A stretch of 63,999 nucleotides of DNA, counting the filler, from Albugo candida (lineage: Eukaryota): NCBI GenBank assembly GCA_040437565.1. It is 44 parts of 44 records of this genome, joined end to end, with 100 filler letters (N's around TTAATTAATTAA, not from the genome) between each part and the next. Parts side by side here need not be neighbours in the genome. Positions count along the whole stretch, not along the records: positions 22,445 to 23,810 come from JBDOQK010000527.1; positions 23,911 to 25,275 come from JBDOQK010000528.1; positions 25,376 to 26,734 come from JBDOQK010000529.1; positions 26,835 to 28,190 come from JBDOQK010000530.1; positions 28,291 to 29,640 come from JBDOQK010000531.1; positions 29,741 to 31,089 come from JBDOQK010000532.1; positions 31,190 to 32,538 come from JBDOQK010000533.1; positions 32,639 to 33,985 come from JBDOQK010000534.1; 36 more parts are not named here. One strand, written 5' to 3'. Both the position numbers and the translations under genes were made by a program. The notes under the pieces were generated by a model. That model saw only the letters and a list, made by a program, of their open reading frames with translations, was not told the DNA's origin and did no database searches. Positions 22,446-35,500 of this stretch are shown piece by piece (the stretch's first letter is position 1; each line of letters starts with the position of its first letter).

Positions 22446-23810
22446 GAGTGCCAGGTACAGCGCGCACGCGGTTCTTCCAGCCCAGGGCTCGACGGCATCG
22501 GGTACGACATCTTCAAGATGTTCGTAGCCCAGCTTCTGCCTGCCCTGCATGCAGCATTCGCGTGCTGCTGGAAGTTCAAGCGTGTGCCGCAGAGCTGGAA
22601 GGTTGGCGTGGTGCGCCTGCTGTTCAAGAAGGGCGATCGGTCCGACCCTGCCAATTGGCGACCGATCTGCTTACAGCAGACGGTGTACAAGCTTTACGCT
22701 GGCGTTCTGGCACGGCGATTTACGCTGTGGATGGAGGTTAATGGCCGGAATGCTGCTGCGCAGAAGGGCTTCCGGGCCATGAATGGCTGCGGGGAGCACA
22801 ACTTCCTCGCAGCCATGCAGATTGACCAAGCTCGGCGCAAGCACCAGGAATTGCATGTCGTGTGGTACGACTTCGCCAATGCCTTCGGCAGCGTACCACA
22901 TGACTTGCTCTGGGAAGCTTTGGAGAGGCAGGGTGTCCCACCTGAGTTCACTGCCTGCTGCCGTGGTCTCTACGACGATGCTTCTTTCACCATTGGGAAT
23001 GCAGTTGATGGGACCACGGCACCCATCGCGCTGCGGGTGGGGGTGTTCCAGGGATGCCCTCTCAGCCCTCACCTGTTTACAGCGGCGATTGCTCCCTTGC
23101 TTCACGCGCTTGAGCGGCTTCCAGACACAGGGGTCAAGATGTCCAGCGTTGACCGTCCCGGTGCTGCTGCCTACGCCGACGATTTAAAGACCTTCAGCAG
23201 CACCGTGGACGGCATCCAGCGCCAACATTCGATGGTTCAAGACTTCCTGCGCTGGACCGGCATGCGTGCTAACCCGTCCAAGTGCAGCACCCTGTCGGTT
23301 CACCGCGACATCCGAGGCTTGCATAAGACCCAGGACATTGGGCTGCAGCTGGATGGTGCCTCGATCCCCGCGCTGAGTGCTGCGGAATCCTACCAGTACT
23401 TGGGGATTGGGGATGGGTTTGATCACGTCCGCCGTCGCGTCGAGCTCGCGCCAGCACTGACGCAGCTCAAGCATGACGCGACGGCGCTGATGCAGTCTGG
23501 TTTGGCACCTTGGCAGGTGGTGAAGGCTGTCAAGGTCTACCTGTACCCGCGTGTCGAGTACGCCCTCCGGCACCTGCGACCGTTTGCTCAGCAGCTGGAG
23601 GGCTTCGACCGTCACCTGGTACGGGGACTTCGCCACCTGCTACGCCTGCCGACGTGCTCGACGACAGCGTTCTTTTACGCTCCAGTTTCTCGTGGAGGTT
23701 TGGGGCTTCTGCCATTGACGGAGCTGCACGGGGCGCTACAGATCGCGCATGGGTGGCAGATGTTGCACTCTCCTGACCCTGCCATCCAGCGCATTGCCCG
23801 CCAGCAGCTC
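22446..23810 (+). mobile_element. R2/NeSL-group (Utopia-like) non-LTR reverse transcriptase, partial
   Basis: SPGLDGI, KKGDRSDPANWRPICL, QKGF...GCGEHNF, WYDFANAFGSVPH, GVFQGCPLSP, AYADD, YQYLG, RGGLGL. Confidence 0.92.
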
Positions 23811-24033
23811 NNNNNNNNNNNNNNNNNNNNNNNNNNNNNNNNNNNNNNNNNNNNTTAATTAATTAANNNNNNNNNNNNNNNNNNNNNNNNNNNNNNNNNN
23901 NNNNNNNNNNGTCCTCACACATAATAAAATAGACTTCACAAAATTATCTCCGCAAAAACTGCAAATAGAAATTATTACATAATGTTCCAGAATTATAAAT
24001 GTTTCTAATAACGCATGATCAGTAAATGACAAA

Positions 24034-25275
24034 CACCATGAAAATAATTATGCGTTATAATCTCTAAAAATACAGCATATGAGAGCAAATAAAGCATATG
24101 TATATCGTATGTGGCAATATATGGTGTGCAAAAACGAACATATGCTGAATCTGCCACAATTTGCGTGCATAAACGTTGAATTTGCCTAAATATGCTTTAC
24201 TCAACGTATTGTAAATAAGAGTAATTTTAACATCATATGCGGTATATGCCCGTTTTAGGTGTTGTACTCACGCTTGTATGCTGAATATGTTCATTTTTGC
24301 TTAACCCCCGTCGCCTGTATGCTCTATGTGTTTTTTTACGTCGTTTTACGTGTAAAACTTAACTTTAACATAACTTTAACTCAAAAAAAGACTTTGCAAT
24401 TATACAAAATAATTTCTTTATTAGGATTAAAGGTATAACAATAGCCCACTATAATATCCCTTCCACATATCTTGTTTTTTCGTCCTTACTATCTCAACAT
24501 GTTCGACACATGTGTGCTCATCCGTTTTAGTAATTCCACTTGAATATAAAAAATAAACTTCAAATGAATATGTGAACATATTTTTATTTGAGTACAAGAT
24601 AAATATAATATTACCCTCTTCTATCTGCTATTTTTATCTACACTGTAACTAAGAAAGCGTGTAAAGAGTTGGTGCATTGTATTCATTTTGAATAATTAAG
24701 GTACTTCTTCATTTAAAACTTTAAGTAGTCGGTTGTCAATAAACTTGTAGTGAACGCACAAATAATAAATATGTATTGGTTGTGGATAAAAAATACAAAG
24801 TTTATATAGATGTCAAAGTCGAATTTCATCATTCAGGATGACTTATTGTTTCAAAGGATCTAATAATCAATTCATGTCGTCAACAATGCTGTATTATTTA
24901 GATTGATCATGTATTTGTTCAAATGGTTTTGAATTAAAAATAGAAAAAAAAAGTAAAAGACTATAAAAGAAGAAGTAGGTATAGAAATTATTGATTTTAT
25001 AATAAAAGCAAACCTTACAGTATTTTAGCCTTTGAATTTCCACTACATGTTTGTAATTACTCGCGTCAAAGTTCAATCATCTATTCTTCTATAACTGTAA
25101 AAAGTTTAATTCATACTCTAAAAAAGTGTTATTAATTTAAGACGAAAAATATGCGCTAGAAACTACAGCTTATGAAAGTGTGACTTCGAAATATTTGTCT
25201 GCCTCATGGCTTTTGACAGCTTCATTTTATTTTTGCTCGTTTTACCATCACTCTCTCTTTCTCAAAGTTCAATGC
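24034..25275 (+). mobile_element. CACC-terminated element end plus internal segment homologous to about 61895-62664
   Basis: Begins CACCATGAAAATAA; about 24415-25155 aligns by eye with about 61900-62664. Confidence 0.65.
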
Positions 25276-25607
25276 NNNNNNNNNNNNNNNNNNNNNNNNN
25301 NNNNNNNNNNNNNNNNNNNTTAATTAATTAANNNNNNNNNNNNNNNNNNNNNNNNNNNNNNNNNNNNNNNNNNNNAGGGATTCAAAGCATAGATAAATTT
25401 TTAAAGTGAAAGATAGTTTGCTCAAATATAGATATAAATAAATGCAGTGTTAAATAATTGTAATTATAATTGTAATTTGATTAAAGACAATGTTTTTTGT
25501 TATTATTAGTAGATATTTTAACAGATATAGTTTTTTTCTTTAGATATTAAATAGATTCAGAGAAACAATAAATTCTGACCTGTGTAGTAAAGCATAAAAA
25601 TACACAA

Positions 25608-26065
25608 CACTATGGCGAACAAAGTGGTAACAAACTTCCATTTTGGTCACATAACTTCCATTTTTTTATTAGGAAAAAACGGTAGCAAATGAGATTGTAT
25701 AGCGCAACCGTGGTCACAGCTTCCATTTTTTCATAAGTAAAAAATGGAAGCGAACTACCGTTTTCTTCACATATCTACCGTTTTGGTCACATTTCTACCG
25801 TTCTCTTCACATATCTACCATTTTTTTATAGTTAAAAAATGGGTTTAATCTACCGTTTCGTTCACATGCTGCCATTTTTTACTAGTAAAAAAACGGTAGA
25901 TTCTATACTTAATAGTGCAATTACGGACACAGCTTCCATTTTTTTATAATTGAAAAACGGGATTAAACTACCATTTTATTCACATATTGCCATTTTTTAC
26001 TAATAAAAAAACGGTAGATTCTACATTCAAATAGTGCAATTACAGACACAGCTTCCATTTTTTTT
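25608..26065 (+). mobile_element. CACTA-type terminus followed by a subterminal repeat array
   Basis: CACTATGG at 25608, then many direct and inverted copies of CAC(A)...CTTCCATTTT / CTACCGTTT / AAAAACGGTAG. Confidence 0.6.
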
Positions 26066-27631
26066 TCTAATCGCTAAAATACCCCTTCCTGCTCATTTTC
26101 ACTCTTTATTCACAATACAGTTGTTGCTCATATTTTTGTTCTCGTTGAAAATACCATATATTTTGCTTTACTGCCAATACAGTGTATGCTTTATTTTTTG
26201 TTTTATGAAATAATAATGTAATAATACAAACCAGTTAATCCAGCAATAGTTCAATAGAAGTACAATTATAGGTAGTTGAGTTCAGCGTTATCGATAAAAC
26301 TATAAATCCAATAATTAAAAATAAAAGAATTATACACATATACTTTTACTTTATTTCCAGTATACGTACCATCAAGTTAAGGATCATAAAAAGTCTTTGC
26401 AGTTGAACTATGTGTTATTCAAAAACCGTGGAAGATGATCAAATAAAGAAAAAAAGAGCTAAAAAAGTTAGAAAAGAAGAAATAAGGCAGTTTGATGGTT
26501 CAAGAAAAAAAAGAATCACCTTCATGTCATTCAGTTCAACTGTAGCACTTCGTTTACCAATTGCATGCGTTTGCTGATCTTGTTTTTGCTACGCTATCTA
26601 CTCTGTTTACAAAAGCTGCAAAAATATCTAAATAAAACGAGTCAGAAAAGAAAGCTGCTTGACATTTCAAAAAAAAAAAGAATTACCTTCTTTAAATCAG
26701 TGTTCAGTTGTAGCACCTCATTCACCAGTCTATGNNNNNNNNNNNNNNNNNNNNNNNNNNNNNNNNNNNNNNNNNNNNTTAATTAATTAANNNNNNNNNN
26801 NNNNNNNNNNNNNNNNNNNNNNNNNNNNNNNNNNAAAAAAAAAAAAAAAAAAAAAAAAGCTGTAAAGGAATAGCCGTGGTCTCACTTTTTTTTTTCTTTA
26901 CGGATATAAAAGGAGAACTTTTTTTTTTTTAAAAAAATTTCTTTTCTTTCCTGTATATTTTTTTCAATTCTCAAGTAAGTCTATCAATATTTCAAGTATA
27001 CTCTTTTATTAATTATCGTCCTATAATAGACTGTCTCTATTCATAAAGAATGAGTTGAACGCCTTCTTTAAGAAACATTACATTAAATACTGGTACTTAT
27101 ATTACTTTGACTCATTACAAGTTGTCTAACTTATTTTTTCCTTTCTAGAATAGTAGTTTCTCCTTGTAATGAATAAGAGGTGTAGTTCTGGCTTATCAAT
27201 CATTTAATATTATGGTATGTACATACTTTAGCTTTTTTTATGGCCACTTTATATTAACGTTATGTTTATTGTATAGTATAATGCAAGAATCACTGGCTTT
27301 CATTTCTGTTACATGGTATGGTATGAGGTAAGACTGTTGTAAAGGATGAGGATATGTTGATGTTTGGTGTAAACATAAGGTGTAAGTTACATTAAGGTAA
27401 GTGAGCTAGTGTATGTGTATGCGTGTGTGTGGGTAAATGATCTTGCTGTATGCCCTGCCTTTGTTGGGTCTGCATACATTCAAGATTAGCATTACAAATT
27501 AGACGTAGTTATCCTTATTATATTCACTTATTCTACAATTCATTTTTAAATCAATAAAATTCTGTCATCAATTGAAACTATATATATTATCTGCCCATTT
27601 TTCTATTTTTTTTATGTAATAAGAGTATATC

Positions 27632-27809
27632 GCCCAGTAAAAATGAGTATTCTATTCGATATCCATCATTTATTGCCCAGTAAAAACGAGCATTGCTCCA
27701 ATATTCATCATTTATGGCCCAGTAAAAACGAGCAATGACCCAATATCCATCATTTATGGCCCAGTAAAAACGAGCATTGCTCCAATATCCATCATTTATG
27801 GCCCAGTAA
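27632..27809. repeat. 42-bp minisatellite, about 4.2 copies
   Basis: GCCCAGTAAAAACGAGCATTGCTCCAATATCCATCATTTATG at 27632 (diverged), 27675, 27717, 27759 and 27801 (partial). Confidence 0.92.
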
Positions 27810-29740
27810 GATTTTATGTACATGTATATATACCCTACTAAAAAGGGATATCTATAGATTATAACCCAATCAGATCCAACGTAAATTTTTTTTTAGCGTA
27901 TATCATAGCCATCTTCCGTTTTACCAAGCGAATAAAAAAGGAATAAAAAGGATAGCATCAGAACATCTTATTATAGCAACCCAATAGGAACTAAATGATG
28001 TTACTAAAGATCATCTTCCCGTCTTTCATATTATACATCAAGTTTCATATTTTTTTTTTCATGTAACTGAAGTTTAAATACATTCTTGCATCATTTTCGG
28101 GTAACACAACGGAAAGTGAAAAAAAAGAAGTTTATTTAAAGAATTCAAGGAAAGCGCTCTTTAATTATATTACTCTTTTTTTTTTTTTTTNNNNNNNNNN
28201 NNNNNNNNNNNNNNNNNNNNNNNNNNNNNNNNNNTTAATTAATTAANNNNNNNNNNNNNNNNNNNNNNNNNNNNNNNNNNNNNNNNNNNNCGGTTAATTG
28301 AGGCGAAGTCTGATTACTAATGTCAGTTGCATAACTTCCAAAGCCATATTTGGGATTCATCAAGAGCTCAAACCATGATGAGCGAAATTCATCAAAAGGC
28401 ATTCGGCGTTTCCACTTGCTGTTGAGGTGCTGAAGCTATATAATCTTTAGCAACGCTGTTGATATAAGTGATAATATCACAATAGGAGCATTTGTTACTC
28501 CAATATGATCAGAGGACAAGGACCGGAAAGTCTAGTCTATGGAGAGATTCGAGCAAGTAAGATCAAATAATATGGCGGATATTGGATGTTGAAAGTCAGC
28601 AATCATAATCATATCAGTTGAAGGTGTCTATATTTCTAGGATTAGATTAATTGACTTATCAAGTTGTCTAGGCTATGTTGAATAACAAATATACATACAA
28701 AAAACGTTTCGTGAAAGTACCTGTGAGCGAAGGTTGAATGTTATCTAGCTGATAGTCGTGTATTGCAGTAGCCTCACCAACACAATACGCGAATGTGTCC
28801 ATTGTTTATATCATAGAAGAGTTGTGAAAATGTCCAGAAGTATCGTGTCTTGCGAATTGGTGTGCGCCACACTAGCCTCATCGTGGCCATTCAACTGGGA
28901 CTAGGATCGGAGTTGCACTTGCATTTCTACTTACCGGTGTCGGAAACGCAGCAATGATCTTCGACTTTTAGAAATCTACCGAATGATCCTTGCGTCACGA
29001 CTTGATCCAGCACTTTAGCAAGCCGAATGCGTTCGTCTTAATCGTAGCATTGTCTTCGGAAGTACGAACGTCCGCACTAAATGTGGTGTAGATCACGGAA
29101 GTGCTGCAATTGTCGGAACTGCTGATCGCTGATGGAGCAAATAACGATTCCTATCAGTACAGACGAAATACAGTGTCACGGCCTGCAATGCAAGCCATAA
29201 ATCCGATATAATTTGCTGATAATTCTTCCATGCTGGCAGAAGTGCTGGCACAATTGCAAATGCAATATGCGTCCAACGTGGTCGGGATGAAAAGAAGTGA
29301 TTCCAAGTAGGAAGAAACTACATCCGTTATGTGCTGTGTGATCTCACTCGAGAAAGATTTGTTGCCTTCTTTCTACGCCAAGATCGCTACAATTGCGTTG
29401 TAAGACTTTTCATGAAACGCGGTCGCCTTCATTCATCCGGATTCCCCTGCCGCGCACGAGGCTTGCGCGCACAATATAAGATCGAGGTGAACATCCTTTG
29501 AGATAGCCAGGCCAGATGAAACTGTGGATCTTTGAAACTTGGTAGGACACGTTTCCGAATATGCCGTAATGTAGACATGAACGTTCGAGCTTGTTATGAA
29601 TCCAGTGCGTCCGATCTCTCCGATGATGACCAATGTGTCANNNNNNNNNNNNNNNNNNNNNNNNNNNNNNNNNNNNNNNNNNNNTTAATTAATTAANNNN
29701 NNNNNNNNNNNNNNNNNNNNNNNNNNNNNNNNNNNNNNNN

Positions 29741-29792
29741 GAGATATTTGCTTGCTTTTTTAGGGTTTTAACACATTTTTATTTTCATGGTG
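29741..29792 (-). mobile_element. Terminus of the CACC-ended element abutting an acidic reading frame
   Basis: Identical to 9077-9128; diverges immediately after CATGGTG. Confidence 0.75.
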
Positions 29793-29823
29793 GAAGTAAT
29801 TGAAGAAGTAGAAGAAAATCCTG

Positions 29824-29903
29824 AAGAAGTAGAAGAAGAACAAGTAGAAGAAGAACAAGTAGAAGAAGAACAAGTAGAAGAAGAACAAGTAGAAGAAGAA
29901 GAA
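29824..29903 (+). repeat. 15-bp coding-type tandem repeat (GAAGAAGAACAAGTA; EEEQV) in the 3' end of an interrupted ORF ending at 29984
   Basis: About 5 copies; the frame ends SRYNLRRR...RPRYN*. Confidence 0.8.
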
Positions 29904-31189
29904 ACTAACTCAAGATACAATTTAAGAAGAAGAGGCGAAGGACCAGGAGAAAGTCTTAGACAAATCAGACCTAGATATAATTAATACTTCACTTAATAAA
30001 GTTTCTTTTATCATTTTCTTACATGTGTTTTTCCTTGTTTCTTTAACTATATTAACTCAAGAACAAAATAAATGAAGTTAAAAAGTACCATCACATTTAA
30101 GTTCGAAAACACTTAAGTTTCAGTTTGATCTAAGCTTGACGCTCTGAAGAAAACATTATATATATACAGTAAAATCGTCCATGCACTTTAATATTACACA
30201 AATAATATTATTAGAGCCGAAATTCAATTCCCTTTCGAACAATATAATTTTTGTACGTTTTCAGTGCACTCCAATCAATATATTAATAAAAATGCATAAA
30301 AAATTAAGCGTTTTTAATTACCAATAAAAGCCTTAATTGTGATTTTAAACCCATGGAAATGTAAGAGCACGTTAATCCAAACTTTTTGTTTGCCTTGCAA
30401 GTTAATTCATGCCAATAACTTTATTTTTCATAGAGCTGTTTTAAAAATAAAAAGCTATTATCAGTTTTTAGACCTAAATAACTTGACTCCTTTTTCATTA
30501 TAAGGCAATATAAATGACACTTTTATAAGTTACTTTTTTATTCTCTTTCTAATGAATAAATTTATACGAATGCATCTTTATTACTTTTCATTATCTGGAT
30601 AAAAAGATATTTATCAAAAGTTGCTTTACTGGCCTCCTCGTTTAGTTTTAAAGCTATGAAAAAATGAATTGCATCACTGAAAAGAGGAAAACAGAGTAAA
30701 TATTAGATTTCAAATTCATCTCAATCTAATGTGATTTCAATTTTTTTTTTTTAAATTCACATACTTTCATACAAAAATAACAATGTTTTACTTTATCGTT
30801 TTTTTTTGTCAAAATGCAAAATTACTTTTTGTACTAAATAAAAATATATGAAAGTTACACAAATTAAAGAAAATGCTTCTATCTATCGACTGGTGAAAAT
30901 CTCATATTGATAGCTTAATTGGTTCAAGAGATATGAGAAAAAAAAACGAACCCTAACCCTAACCTTAGCTAGACTACACGCACCGCAAATTTCATAAAAA
31001 AAAATACCAAAAGTTAGTGGGATTCGAACCCGGATCTACACTTTCCCTAAGACGTCGTAGAACATTGCACCATCACATCTGGCCTGCACNNNNNNNNNNN
31101 NNNNNNNNNNNNNNNNNNNNNNNNNNNNNNNNNTTAATTAATTAANNNNNNNNNNNNNNNNNNNNNNNNNNNNNNNNNNNNNNNNNNNN

Positions 31190-32318
31190 CGAAATGTTCA
31201 TCAGATTCATCAGTATCATAATACCCATTAGCAGACTGTTTCTTAATATTTAATTCAAGATTTTTCAACTCATTTTTGAAAATTTTACGCACATCTTTTA
31301 AAAAATCATTTTTAGAAAATATACCCTCATTCTTAGAAGATGAACCGTTAGACTTGACGTCAAACAATTCTTCTTCATCCTCATTATATTTCATTCTATG
31401 ATCCCAATTGGCAGTTTCATCAGAGGGTTGTAAATAGTTTAGAGCAAGATTACGAATTTTTTCAGTCAACTGGTCCATAGGATCAATTGTCTTACTAATA
31501 TTGTTAATCACGCCATTTTTACTATCATACGTTCTCGTTCCGAGTTGCGTTTTTGGGGGGACATGGTTATGATTGTAACGAGCGAGGCTTGAACTTTGAT
31601 TAGGATCAGTAGTAGTACGAGAAAAAGCGGGCTTGACAAGAGCTGCAGATAATTTAGGAGCATTCAAAAAAGTAACACGAGGTCTTTGAGCTTCAATTTC
31701 AGTAACAGATTCTTCATTTCGAGTTTGTTCAACAGGTTCTCGAGGTACAAACGGATTTTCAATTAGTGCAACTTGACGAGGAGAATAAGCATTCCAGTAA
31801 CCGTCGGCGTTCCTTAACCAATCATTGAAGGTTCTTGATGATTGTAGGATGCAAAAAGTTTTAACATCCGAAATTAAACCTGCACGGAAACGACTTTCGA
31901 CAAGAGAAAAATTGGTAATACCAGCAAGAGTAGCAGCTTCACGAAGTCGGGAAAGAAAAACACGAGGAGGTTCATCGGAGCCCTGCGTCATATCATTGAA
32001 TGCCAGTTCGTAGCGTTGGATTAAATCTTCAGTGATATAATTATTTTGTAACAAATTAATTATATCGTCATAGCTAGCAACGGTAGGATCCACCTCATTT
32101 TCTTGTAACATAGTGTCAAAGAACGTTTTAGCAGAACGTTTCAGCTGAGAACGCAAAATAATAATTCTTCTGGAATTAGAAGTAATACCAGCAACAGCAA
32201 AGTAAGTTTCAAGAGTGTCTCTAAAATATCTAAAGTCTTCAAAGTCATCACCATAGAAATAGATGAGCCTAGGACGATAAGAATTAGCGGACAAGTTAGC
32301 AGCAGTGGATTGAGACAT
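31190..32318 (-). CDS. gag: LTR retrotransposon Gag (3' partial); likely start ATG at 32318
   Basis: MSQSTAANL...FYGDDFEDFRYF...MTQGSDEPPRVFLSRL...RFRAGL is a retrotransposon capsid pattern; lies downstream of a PBS and LTR end. Confidence 0.85.
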
Positions 32319-32491
32319 GGTAGTTGATAACGACAACACAGTTAAGTTCAGAGACAAATAGATTGAATAGATTAAAAAAAAATTAAAATAAACAAGTCTA
32401 TTAGCAAGCAGTAGTAATAGAGATTTTTTCAATTAAATAAATTAAAAGAAACCAGAAAAGAGTAGATAAAATTAAAATTTGAATATGCTTC

Positions 32492-32538
32492 CCCTGTAGT
32501 GAGCACCAAATGTTACGAGAGTAAGTTTGGTTTTTAAA
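32492..32538 (-). mobile_element. 3' end of 5' LTR (...GTAACA, 32511-32538) and tRNA primer-binding site (32492-32508)
   Basis: Minus strand reads TCGTAACA-TT-TGGTGCTCACTACAGGG, complementary to a tRNA ending GAGCACCA (identity uncertain). Confidence 0.8.
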
Positions 32539-35500
32539 NNNNNNNNNNNNNNNNNNNNNNNNNNNNNNNNNNNNNNNNNNNNTTAATTAATTAANNNNNN
32601 NNNNNNNNNNNNNNNNNNNNNNNNNNNNNNNNNNNNNNCATGAATAATAAAATTATATAATATTTTGCTCTTCTTTACATCATAATTAGTGATAGATAGC
32701 TAATTATCACGTAAAAAAAACAACTAATTAATAATGTAAAGCATTTTTTTTTTTTGTTTATTTACTGATAAATTTTTTTTCTTGTGTTTCCCCAAATTCC
32801 CTTTTAGCTATAAAAAATGGTGTTCGCAGTAAATGCTAACTCAACGTACAGATGTCAGATTTGGACGAAACTAATTTTGTTGGAATCAGAAACGTTCGAT
32901 TACTCTAATAGATGAAAAAAAGTAACAACTTTTTAAATTAAATGCTTTCTTTTTCTTTTACGATGTAAACAATCCATGTCTCGTGATAAAAAAAAGGGGG
33001 ACGATAAAAAAAAATTTATGCTTATCATTATATAATGTCATATGTCTAACCTTTTCCTTTCTTGTAAAAAAGAAAAAGTTTTAAACATATATTCACGTCA
33101 GAAAAGTGACAGGCCCTCGTAGTGAATATATTTATGTAGTAACAATTATTTTGACAAAGTAGAAGATGCTACATCCAAAAAGCAAAGTTTTTTCAGTAGC
33201 GTTCATCTCTCTTTCTTCACTTTTATCTTTACTGTTGTTTAACGCAAGTGCGCATCTTTTGTTTATTTGCTCTTGCTGTATCATCTCAAAAAGAAAAAAA
33301 AAATCAGTTGCTGTTAATTAACGGCTGCATATCATGTGTATTACGATAAGCAACAACAACAACAAAAAAACATGATGAAATACGCCACCGCAGCAGAATG
33401 ATGACTGATATTGTGAAAGTAAAAAAAAAACTCATATATTATGTCATATCTTCATTTGATGTATCGTAACATTTTCAAAATATATTATTATGATGGAATA
33501 GTAAAGATGTTAACATAATTAACAAGCGGATATCTGAATTGTGCTATCTCCTACCGTCATTTGATAATATAGCACGGTAGTAATATAGCTATCAAAAAAA
33601 TGTGAGGAAGGGGAGGCGAGACTAAGCTTTTTATTTGTATATTTATTGGACGGGAGCCGTCTTTGGTCATTGATTATCAAACCAAACTGTAAATAATACA
33701 TAGTTTATTTTATCGATAATAATGAAGAGTCTTTCTTCTTGATCTGAAATAACAACATCAAAATGAAAAAGATCTTATGGATCAGCTTTGGTACTTTGTT
33801 CTCTCCAAACTATAGTTTACAAGTATATAGTTATGTTACAGACTGTATTATTAACTAGGTAGTAATGATACTCAAAGAGTTATCTATACTTGGAATATTA
33901 TATAATAGTTTTTTCAACAACAAATAAAAATCATCATATATACATAATATGTTTGCCGCACCACACAAAGTCAACATTGCTTGGCNNNNNNNNNNNNNNN
34001 NNNNNNNNNNNNNNNNNNNNNNNNNNNNNTTAATTAATTAANNNNNNNNNNNNNNNNNNNNNNNNNNNNNNNNNNNNNNNNNNNNTCGTGCAAGATCCAT
34101 GTGCTTAGACACGTTTAGTTTAGCGCTCTGCGTCCTCTCAGCCACAATGTTGTGGAGACTTTCCTGGTCCGTATAGCGTAGAAGATACGACTAGTCGTAC
34201 GTCGTAAGTTTTCATCAGTCTCTCGAAAACTAGTCTAAAAATGCACCTGCTACATTAATGTATTGCTGTTTCTGTTTCATGCTTCATCTAAATAAAAGCA
34301 TAAAAGATGAGTAATTTCATCCCGTGGCATACAATTTTTACATTGTGCCTTTTACTTTACTGTCAACAGCTGATGCCCGCATTTATGGAGGGATTTGGCG
34401 GTATAATGACAGGTCAGCATATTCAACAAAGAAGGTTTAATAGAAGTCAGGTAAATGCGGCATTTTATATGGTTTCTTCTCATTAGATGATGTCAATAGC
34501 TTTGCTTTCGATAAATTAATTCAAATCCAAACTGGATACACACCGCTTCACTGGAAAACGCATAAATGAAGAAGCCGAAATCCGTCTTCCTCCTTTTGTC
34601 ATGATTCAAGCAGCAACACACACTTAATTGTAATTAAATGTTTCCGGAAATGCGAGAACAGACTCTCCTAGCAACGGTGTGGTAAGTATAAAAATCTAGG
34701 AAATTGTTACTTTTTCGAAGAAGAACGAATCGAATTGTACGGAACCAAAATCATATAGACTAATGGCAGATGCTGGTGCGATAGAGACACATATAGAGAA
34801 AGCTACCTTATTGAAAGTAATAAGATAAGTAAGATTTACATGAAAATACTTTTGGCTCTTGGAACAGATTGGATTGAACAATTAGCAGCTGTGACCATGT
34901 CAAAATATTTGACATACACCTGATCAAGCTGGAAACATGACTCGTTCTGTATTTATCGAGACGACTCACTCGGCCATTACTTGTGATGTCAACATGCTAG
35001 AAGCTACTTAGTTCATGTCATTGTTTCATACAACTGATAAACTGTTCAACATTGATCATAAATTCTGTGTCGCAGTGTTTTCTACGATACAGTAGGAATG
35101 AACTCATAGGATCTATCTAAACGTGGTAGGACGAGGGGTAACAGATTTACATTCCTGATCGTTGCGCGTTTCTATACAATAACATATGACGACTCACTGA
35201 GTCTGTATTGTTGAGAGTGCCGTTTTAAAATGGTATACATTGAACGAAGGAAATCTACACTCTCTATATTAAGCGCTGAGTTAGAAAAATGCTCGGTTTA
35301 CTTTTATATTACAGCGGTCAACGACAGCATAAAGCTCGCTTATAAGGACGAAACGATTCCACTGATAGCAACAAATAATCCTCTATATTCTTGTTTTCAA
35401 TTCCATCAATCCAACTTGCCATCCTGCATTATNNNNNNNNNNNNNNNNNNNNNNNNNNNNNNNNNNNNNNNNNNNNTTAATTAATTAANNNNNNNNNNNN

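Noticed and set aside
4544..23810. Co-occurrence of RTs, RNase H, nucleases and repeats as one novel multi-gene system
   Set aside because: Each lies on a separate contig ordered by length; adjacency is artificial.
20977..23858. Numerous overlapping short ORFs on both strands
   Set aside because: Expected shadow ORFs in GC-rich coding DNA; only the RNase H and RT frames have motifs.
27587..27823. Repetitive ORF (YWAINDGYW...), and likewise 52136..52429, 63473..63706, 63501..63776 and 48444..48659
   Set aside because: These are translations of tandem repeats or alternative frames of low-complexity DNA.
28291..29640. Intermediate-GC contig possibly holding a decayed gene
   Set aside because: No long ORF and no motif I can recognise.
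30949..30964. CCCTAA repeats as a telomere
   Set aside because: Only about 2.5 units and internal to the contig.
32319..32432. Hydrophobic signal-like N-terminus on the Gag ORF
   Set aside because: It arises from a TTG start in the AT-rich leader downstream of the PBS; ATG at 32318 is more plausible.
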